DNA of 7,669 nt from Prasinococcaceae sp. CCMP 1430 (taxonomy: Eukaryota > Plantae > Prasinodermophyta). Below, one piece after another: positions 1 through 5,410 of this stretch. The notes beneath the pieces are model-generated. The model saw only the letters and a list, made by a program, of their open reading frames with translations, searched no databases and was not told the origin of the DNA. A program made the position numbers and the translations under genes. Within the stretch, counting starts at the first letter, position 1. Each line of letters begins with the position of its first letter. The stretch is taken from the NCBI GenBank assembly GCA_013416795.1, contig RQSC01001147.1, forward strand, positions 21,984 to 29,652, read 5' to 3'.

Positions 1-69
1 GCGGGAGCTGGCGCGGCCGGAGCTGCGGCGCCGCCGGCGAGTGCGGGGCGGCGCTCCCTGCCGCGCGCG

Positions 70-2010
70 ATGGCGGACGATTTCTTCGACGCGGCCAGCG
101 GCGTTGGGCCTGCCGGCGACGATGAGCAGCTCTCCCCAGAGGCCAAGGTCTTGCCGTTGCACTACGCTGCGTTCGTCGGAGAGGCAGAGCGCGCGCGGTC
201 GGCGTGGGGCGCGCTCTCGTGGGCGGACCGCGTCGCGCTCGACCCGCGGGGCAACACGGCGCTGCACGTCGCCGTGCTGCGAGGCAACAGGAACGTGCTG
301 GAGGCCCTGCTCGACCTCGGCCTGAGCTGCGAGCTGCGCAACGCGAGAGGGTTCACGCCGCTGCAGGACGCGGCGGCCGCCGGCGACGCCGATTTCGTGC
401 GCCTCATGGTGCAGCATCGCCACGGCGGCGCGCGCGCCGAGTTCGAGCGCCAGCGCCCGCAGATCCTGAGGACGCTCGCGAGCTCGCCTGACTTTCGCAT
501 GGCGCTCAAGTGGGAGCTGCGCAGCTTCCTCTTTGGAAGCCTGCTGCGGCGATACACGCCGCACGACACGTATGCTATCACCAAGGTCGGGAGCAAGCTG
601 CGAGTGGATGGCACGCTCACGGGGCTCGACGATTCGCCAGAGGCCGCGCAGGCGATGCTCCCGAGGTGGAAGCGAGACAAGTTCAGCCTCGTCATGATAG
701 GCGCCGCATCGGGAGCAGGGAGCAGGGAGGGTGTAGACGATAGCAAGACACAGCTGTACCTATTGCAGCACGGAAACAAGGAGGCGATTGACATGCTCGC
801 GAAGCCGCCAGAAAGCGAGGGGGGGAAGGGCGAGAGCAAGGAGCAGCAGATCGACATGGAGGTGAACGCGCTCATGGCCGAGGGCGGCCAGTCGCGCTCG
901 AAGTTCTCTATGAAGGACGTCAAGTTCGGCCCAGCCAAGTCATGGCTCTTCGGTTCGACGGTGAGGGAGAAGGTGTACGGGTGGACGTGCCAGGTCTTCG
1001 ACCTGCACTTTACGGCTTCGACGGCCGAGACCGTGCGCCAATACGTCGCTGGGGGCAAGGCAAAGGTACGGCCTGCGGCCAGCTGCACGCCGCGCTGGCG
1101 CCGGCGCCCAGCCGCTGACAGTCCGCCTGCGCACGCGTTCCCCCCCCGTTCGCAGGGCACTTTTGAGGAGTACCTGGCGGGCCTCGAAGAGGAGAGGGTC
1201 TCCGACGATGGCGCGGGCGAGGGCAGCGCAGGCGGGAGCGAGGGGGTCGCGCCGTTGGACGATTCCGAAGCCGCGGGGGATGGCAACGACACAGCGCTGG
1301 GCCGCATGGCGCTCAACGAGCTGGATGAGATCGTGACGGAGGAGGAGGCACTTGGCGAGGGCGCGTCCACGCGCACCACCAAGAAGCGCATCAAGGGGCG
1401 CTGCTGGATGGCGCATCAGTTCCCGCTGGACGTGTCGCAGCTTCTGCCGCTGTTGTCTGTCGTGAAGCACGTCAACAAGCAGGTGGGACGGCTGGTGTCA
1501 TTCTTCCACAAGTGGGACGAAAAGGTCGGCCCCGACCTCTTCCCGGTGCGCATTCTGCTGCCTATCATGTTCACCATCGCCGCACACGTGAGCTTCAAGC
1601 GCTTCAAGCCACTCGAGAACGGCGAGGCCGACGTGCCCGAAGGCCACTTCAACATCATGCCCGAGGGGTACACGCTCAAGACTCTCCATGAGGCGCTCGC
1701 GGAGAACGACATGGAGATGGAGCACGACGGCGGTGGCCGCATGGGCGGTGTGCCCTTCGGCAAAAGGACCGCGCCATTCGGCACCGGCGCCTCGGGCGGC
1801 AGGCCCGGCCGCGCAGCCGGCAACGGCGGCAAAAGTGATGAGGATGGCGGCGGCGAGAGCGGCGCCGACGGCCTCGCCGGCCCCGATCTGGAGCGCCTGG
1901 CCCGCGAGGCCGAGGCAAAGGGCGACGCGCTGGATACGTCAGCGATCGAGCGCTACTGCCTGGACGATGGCGACGACGACAGTGACGACGGCGGGCTGTC
2001 GAGCTTCTGA
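70..2010 (+). CDS. ANKRD13: ANKRD13-like protein: N-terminal ankyrin repeats plus GPCR-chaperone (GPCR_chapero_1-type) domain; spliced join(70..1065,1156..2010), 616 aa
   Basis: Ankyrin motifs PLHYAAF, GNTALHVAVLRGNRNVLEALLDLG and GFTPLQDAAAAGDADFVRLMV. These are followed by PDFRMALKWE...DTYAITKVGSKLRVDGTL and WMAHQFPLDVSQLLPLL...LFPVRILLP, which match my recollection of the ANKRD13/plant ANKRD13C-like family. Codons are strongly G/C-ending, the C-terminus is acidic and low-complexity, and no UIMs are visible. Confidence 0.85.
   Translation: MADDFFDAASGVGPAGDDEQLSPEAKVLPLHYAAFVGEAERARSAWGALSWADRVALDPRGNTALHVAVLRGNRNVLEALLDLGLSCELRNARGFTPLQDAAAAGDADFVRLMVQHRHGGARAEFERQRPQILRTLASSPDFRMALKWELRSFLFGSLLRRYTPHDTYAITKVGSKLRVDGTLTGLDDSPEAAQAMLPRWKRDKFSLVMIGAASGAGSREGVDDSKTQLYLLQHGNKEAIDMLAKPPESEGGKGESKEQQIDMEVNALMAEGGQSRSKFSMKDVKFGPAKSWLFGSTVREKVYGWTCQVFDLHFTASTAETVRQYVAGGKAKVRPAASCTPRWRRRPAADSPPAHAFPPRSQGTFEEYLAGLEEERVSDDGAGEGSAGGSEGVAPLDDSEAAGDGNDTALGRMALNELDEIVTEEEALGEGASTRTTKKRIKGRCWMAHQFPLDVSQLLPLLSVVKHVNKQVGRLVSFFHKWDEKVGPDLFPVRILLPIMFTIAAHVSFKRFKPLENGEADVPEGHFNIMPEGYTLKTLHEALAENDMEMEHDGGGRMGGVPFGKRTAPFGTGASGGRPGRAAGNGGKSDEDGGGESGADGLAGPDLERLAREAEAKGDALDTSAIERYCLDDGDDDSDDGGLSSF
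1066..1155 (+). other. Spliceosomal intron, 90 nt, phase 0, stop-free and in frame
   Basis: Donor AAG|GTACGG at 1066, branch point GCTGAC at 1114-1119, C-rich tract, acceptor TTCGCAG|GGC at 1155. The retained translation (VRPAASCTPRWRRR...PPRSQ) is out of character with the flanking protein. Confidence 0.88.
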
Positions 2011-2085
2011 GCGAAGGCCTTGCGAGTGGGGCGGTGACAGCCTCGCGGGCGGGAGGGCGCGCGCGTGCCCGCGCAGCGCCTCCAT

Positions 2086-2090
2086 TGTAA
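2086..2090 (+). promoter_or_regulatory. TGTAA polyadenylation signal of the ANKRD13-like gene
   Basis: Single TGTAA 75 nt after the stop codon. UGUAA is the established chlorophyte near-upstream poly(A) element. Confidence 0.65.
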
Positions 2091-2258
2091 CTTCTACGCA
2101 TTTGTACGTACTGTACAGTAGACAGGCTGCTCAAGCGGTCAAAAAAGCGGGTACAGTTTTTACTACTACACGAGGAGCGGCGTGGCGCGGCGGCGGGGTC
2201 CAGCAGTGGGGCCACTGCCTTCGCGCTAGCATACAGTGCATCTCCTCCGACCCCCAAT

Positions 2259-3149
2259 TCAGGCCGACAGAATGATGTCCTGGCAGGCCTCGCACCAGTA
2301 CAGGCTGGCGCGGTGCGCGAGCAGTCAGCGCCCGCCCCCAGGTGAGCCTCGCGACAGGCGCTGCGTCCGCGCAGGCGACGCGCGCGTGCAACTCACCTGG
2401 CCCACGCCAGTGCGAACACCTTGATGAATGTGAACACGCCCCCGGACACAGCGCGCGGGATGCCGTACTCCTCGTATCCGAACGCAGAGAGGATGGAGCC
2501 CAGCGCAAGGAGGATGATCTACCGTCGGGCGCGTGGATGCGTGGATGCGTGGCCGCTGCGTCAGACGGGCAGCGGCGGCGCCGAGGCCTGAGCACGACAC
2601 CCTCGCCCGTGCGCTCGCCCTCGCGTGCGCGCGCCCTCGCGCGCGTGCGAGCGCGCCCACGCACCTGCCAGTCGGCGCTCATCTCGGGGTCCACGGCGAA
2701 CAGCTTCAAGTCAGCGTAGTTGCCCGGGACTTTGATGAGCTTCTTGCCATCCTTGTTGTAGCGCACCCACGAGCCGTCCACCTGGACGAGGGTGCTCGCG
2801 GACGCGCGAATGCCCTCGACGTCGACGCGCTTCTTCCCCGTGGCGGCTCGCTGCTGCTCCTGGAAGACGGCGCGGCACTCGGGGTGCGACCCCGGCCCGA
2901 CGAGCTTCGTGGTGCCGCGCACGCACTCGTACGCGGCGTCGCCGGCCGCGGCCGGCGCCGGCGCCGCGAGCGCGCGCGGTCGCGCGCGCCGGCGCGAGCG
3001 TCGGCGCCATCCCTCGCCCTCCCTGCGCCCCTCCCGCTCGCTCGCTCGCCCTCGTGTGGCGCCAGGGGGGGGAAGACTCACCATCCCACGGACGCGCGCG
3101 CGCGCACCCGACCTGCGGCCGCGGCGCGCCGCAATTTCGCCGCTTTCAT
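2259..3149 (-). CDS. Uncharacterised ~197-aa protein with two predicted TM segments and a possible plastid transit peptide; model complement(join(2259..2304,2397..2518,2665..3022,3082..3149))
   Basis: The exon-2 core (ECVRGTTKLVGPGSHPECRAVFQ...DPEMSADWQ) has nearly all G/C-ending codons. Splicing of canonical introns joins it in frame to IILLALGSILSAFGYEEYGIPRAVSGGVFTFIKVFALAWA and SLYWCEACQDIILSA-TGA (stop 2259-2261). The 5' exon and start are uncertain: ATG 3149 needs a 59-nt intron, and unspliced ATG 3084 is also in frame. Confidence 0.75.
2305..2396 (-). other. Intron 3 of the uncharacterised gene, 92 nt, phase 2
   Basis: Donor CAG|GTGAGT at 2396, branch point GCTGAC at 2329-2324, acceptor CGCCAG|C at 2305. 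Splicing restores AG+C = Ser and an open frame to the stop. Confidence 0.85.
2519..2664 (-). other. Intron 2 of the uncharacterised gene, 146 nt, phase 0
   Basis: Donor CAG|GTGCGT at 2664, branch point TCTGAC near 2565-2560, acceptor GGTAG|ATC at 2519. It joins ...DWQ to IILLALG. Confidence 0.8.
3023..3081 (-). other. Putative intron 1 of the uncharacterised gene, 59 nt, phase 2
   Basis: Strong donor TG|GTGAGT at 3081 and acceptor GCAG|G at 3023. Splicing links ATG 3149 (MKAAKLRRAAAAGRVRARASVG) in frame to exon 2. No CTGAC branch point is seen, so confidence is lower. Confidence 0.45.
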
Positions 3150-4082
3150 CAGGTTCTCGACCCACTTTCCGTGTTTTAGATCTGTTGATACCTACGTACA
3201 TCCGTGGCTTTTCCCCGACGGTTTGCGTCGCATGCTGCGGTTTCGGATGGGCATGAGGTTAGGGTCCGATCGCCATAATTTGGGTTTTGCACTGCACACC
3301 ACGTGGAACAGTAAAATTACTATGTAGAGGGTTTGTTCCCGCCACTTGCAATTGCATTGCACTGCGCACGGACGGGGCAGCACGCGTCGCTCGCAGCGCG
3401 CGCCCCTCACCGCCCTCCTCGCTGGCCCATCAACCGCCCGCTCCGCCCAGCCGGGGCTGTGGCTGGACTCTCGCTCGCGGGGCCCGGCCGGCCCAGGCCC
3501 ACATCCGAAATGGGTGGGGGGCTGGCTTGCTGGCTGGGGTGTGAGTGTGGGTGGGTGGAGGTTGGCGGTGGTGGCTCGCCGCGCGCGCAGCCCTGCCCCA
3601 GCCAGCCAGCCAGCCTGCGGGGACACTCCTCCTGACCTGACCGTCGTCCGGCGGGGGCTTTGGCCGCCCACCCTGGCTGGCTGTGGCTGGCCGGCGGGCC
3701 GGGGGCCGGGCGGCACAGCAGATGCGCGCCCGCCCTCCCCGGCAGGAGGCAGGGGCAGCGGATCGCGTGCGCAGCCGCAGCCGCCGCGGCGCGATCTGGG
3801 CCACCGTATGAGGTGCGCACGCGCGGCGCGTGCCGCACGCCTGCATATCAAAACGCATTGGCCGCCGCCGCGGCGCGATCTAAGCCGCACGTGGCGCCGG
3901 GCGCGCGCGCGCGCGCGCGCGCGCGCGCATTTGAGGTTTTATCTCATGTAGGGTTTGGGTACGGCGCGGGGAAGGATGCGATTTGATGTGGGGGAGGGGT
4001 GGTGTGTTGCTGGGGTTTCGCGCGCGCGCCCCCGGGGGCGCGGGCGGGGCGCGCGCGCGCGGCGAAAAAGGTCGCGCGGACG
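3150..4082. promoter_or_regulatory. Divergent (head-to-head) intergenic/promoter region between the uncharacterised gene and atpG
   Basis: It lies between two outward-facing gene starts. It has AT-richer islands at about 3160-3360 and 3929-3990, CACGTG boxes at 3300-3305 and 3888-3893, TAGGGTTT at 3949-3956 and TTTCGCGC at 4016-4023. Confidence 0.6.
3901..3928. repeat. (GC)14 dinucleotide microsatellite
   Basis: 28 nt of perfect GC alternation, read directly. Confidence 0.95.
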
Positions 4083-5299
4083 ATGAAAGGCGCGGTCGCG
4101 AAAGCGGAGCGGGAGCGCGCGCGGCGGGTGCGGAGCGGGCTTNNNNNNNNNNNNCTCGGCGCGGCCGCCGCGCCGCTCGCCGCGGCGCTGCCCGCGCTCG
4201 CCGAGGAGGCCGAGGACAAGGGTGTGCTCTTCGACTTCAACCTGACGCTCCCGGTCATGGGCACCGAGTTCCTGCTGCTCATGGTGCTGCTCGACAACAT
4301 GCTCTTCAAGCCCGTTGGCGAGGTGCGCGAGCGCGCGCCGCCGCCCGCGCCTGCGCGGCCACGGAGCGGGTCGAGAGCGCGCGAGCGCGAGCAGGCCTTG
4401 GGCTGGCCCGGCATGGCCGCCTGCGAGGCGGGCGCGCCGGCGTCCGCGCGCGCTGCTGCGCCCCGGCTGAGGGGCGGGGGGCTTTTCGGCGGCCAGCGCG
4501 TCCGCCTCGGGGGGGGGGGGGGGGGGGGGGAAGCTCCCTTCGAGGAGGCCACCGCGCCCCGCCGCCCCCTTCCTTGCGCTCGCTCGTGGCACTGCCGCGC
4601 CTCGTCCGCAGGGGACGCGCAGTTGCGAGAGCAGCGCGCGGCAGCAGGGCCGCGGGAACGTTGGGATGCCACGCGCGTGGGTTCGGAGGAGGCCACGCGG
4701 CCGAGGCGCTCCCGCCCTCCACCGAGCGTGTCGCCCGAAATGGCTGGCCCGCTGCGGCTGCGCCGCCGGGGCCGCCTGGGCGTCCTCGCCCTTGGCGCCC
4801 GCGCGGCCCCCCCGATTAAGCGTGGGGGCGCCTGCCCTGCCTCGCACGCGCCTGAGCGACTTGTTGCGCACGCATCGGCTCGCGACAGCCGCCGCGGGCG
4901 CGAGCGGAAGCGCTATGCTTGGCTGCGCCGGCGCTGACGCTCCTCGTCGCCCCCTCGCGCTTGCCTTCCCACCCACAGCTCCTCGACAAGCGCGACGCCG
5001 AGGTCAGGGGCAAGCTGTCGTCGATTGGCGACAACAGCTCTGAGATCGAGAAGCTGCAGAACGACGCGGAGGAGATCATCTCCGCGAGCCGTGCGGCGGT
5101 CGCCGCCGAGATGTCGTCGGTGAAGGCCGAGACCTCGGCCGAGATCGAGAAGGAGCTGAGCGCCGCCCGCGCCAAGCTGGAGAAGGAGCTGGAGGTCGCC
5201 ATGACCAAGCTCGCGGCGGAGGAGAAGGAGCTGATGGCGAGCTCCGACGAGCAGGTGCAGTCGCTCGCGACCGCCATTGTTGCCAAGGTGCTTGCGTAA
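4083..5299 (+). CDS. atpG: Chloroplast ATP synthase subunit b' (CF0-II), nuclear-encoded; join(4083?..4322,4979..5299), start uncertain because of the N gap
   Basis: Family signature LFDFNLTLPVMGTEFLLLMVLLDNMLFKPVGE is spliced to LLDKRDAEVRGKLSSIGDN...QVQSLATAIVAKVLA-TAA. It has a single TM followed by a long coiled-coil. The presumed mature part from EEAEDK (4203) is 146 aa, the size expected for CF0-II. Confidence 0.95.
4143..4154. other. Assembly gap (12 N) within the atpG presequence region
   Basis: Ns at 4143-4154. The true length is unknown, so the apparent frame continuity across the gap is not evidence. Confidence 0.99.
4323..4978 (+). other. atpG intron, 656 nt, phase 0
   Basis: Donor GAG|GTGCGC at 4323, branch point GCTGAC at 4933-4938, pyrimidine tract, acceptor CCACAG|CTC at 4978. 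Splicing restores the conserved KPVGE-LLDKRD junction. Confidence 0.93.
4509..4530. repeat. G22 homopolymer inside the atpG intron
   Basis: 22 consecutive G. The length may be unreliable as a sequencing matter. Confidence 0.9.
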
Positions 5300-5352
5300 G
5301 TAGTCAATTACTATTTGTGTCACACGCGGAGCACGGCAAGCGGTGCCTTATG

Positions 5353-5357
5353 TTACA
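5353..5357 (-). promoter_or_regulatory. TGTAA polyadenylation signal of SBP2
   Basis: TTACA on + (TGTAA on -), 53 nt downstream of the SBP2 stop. Confidence 0.65.
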
Positions 5358-5410
5358 TGCACGGGCGAGCGGGGCCCGCGGGTGGGCGCGAGCGGCTGGC
5401 GCGATCGCCA

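Noticed and set aside
2226-2261. Sec readthrough of the orphan gene's TGA (would add U-IGGRRRCTVC)
   Set aside because: No SECIS-like AUGA...AA...GA stem-loop is visible in the 3' region, and the extension has non-coding-like codons. TGA is the expected common stop at high GC, and proximity to SBP2 is not evidence.
2711-3010. ORF MAPTLAPARATARARG... as the start of the orphan gene
   Set aside because: It looks like a transit peptide but is out of frame with the coding core. It would need a 2-nt error in a CG run or an intron lacking a branch point. It is kept only as an alternative if reads show an indel.
3110-3152. Hammerhead-ribozyme-like core on minus: CUGAUGA-N7-GAAA, a TGCGGC/GCCGCA stem III, then GUC
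   Set aside because: The core nucleotides are in the right order, but stem II would close with A-C and stem I has only one base pair. It is better explained by the shared GATGAAAG/GCGAAA start motif. An Infernal hammerhead search or in vitro cleavage assay would settle it.
2131-3201. Single-exon 356-aa ORF in the track
   Set aside because: Only its middle is coding-like. Canonical introns redirect the real product into other frames.
3505-4747. Shared 13-mer CCGAAATGG(G/C)TGG at 3505-3517 and 4735-4747
   Set aside because: It is a 12/13 match with no extension on either side, too short to call a repeat family.
3999-4937. 312-aa ORF reading from atpG exon 1 through the intron
   Set aside because: Homology resumes only after splicing to 4979. 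The read-through is low-complexity R/A/P/G sequence, and long stop-free runs are expected at this GC.
1066-4978. Introns as one shared Introner family
   Set aside because: The five introns differ in length and share only splice signals and short GC words. The GCCAG duplication at the ends of the 2305-2396 intron adds just 2 nt beyond the splice consensus.
4323-4978. Intronic snoRNA or TPP riboswitch in the long atpG intron
   Set aside because: No box C (RUGAUGA)/box D pair, no H/ACA layout and no TPP aptamer core could be found by eye.
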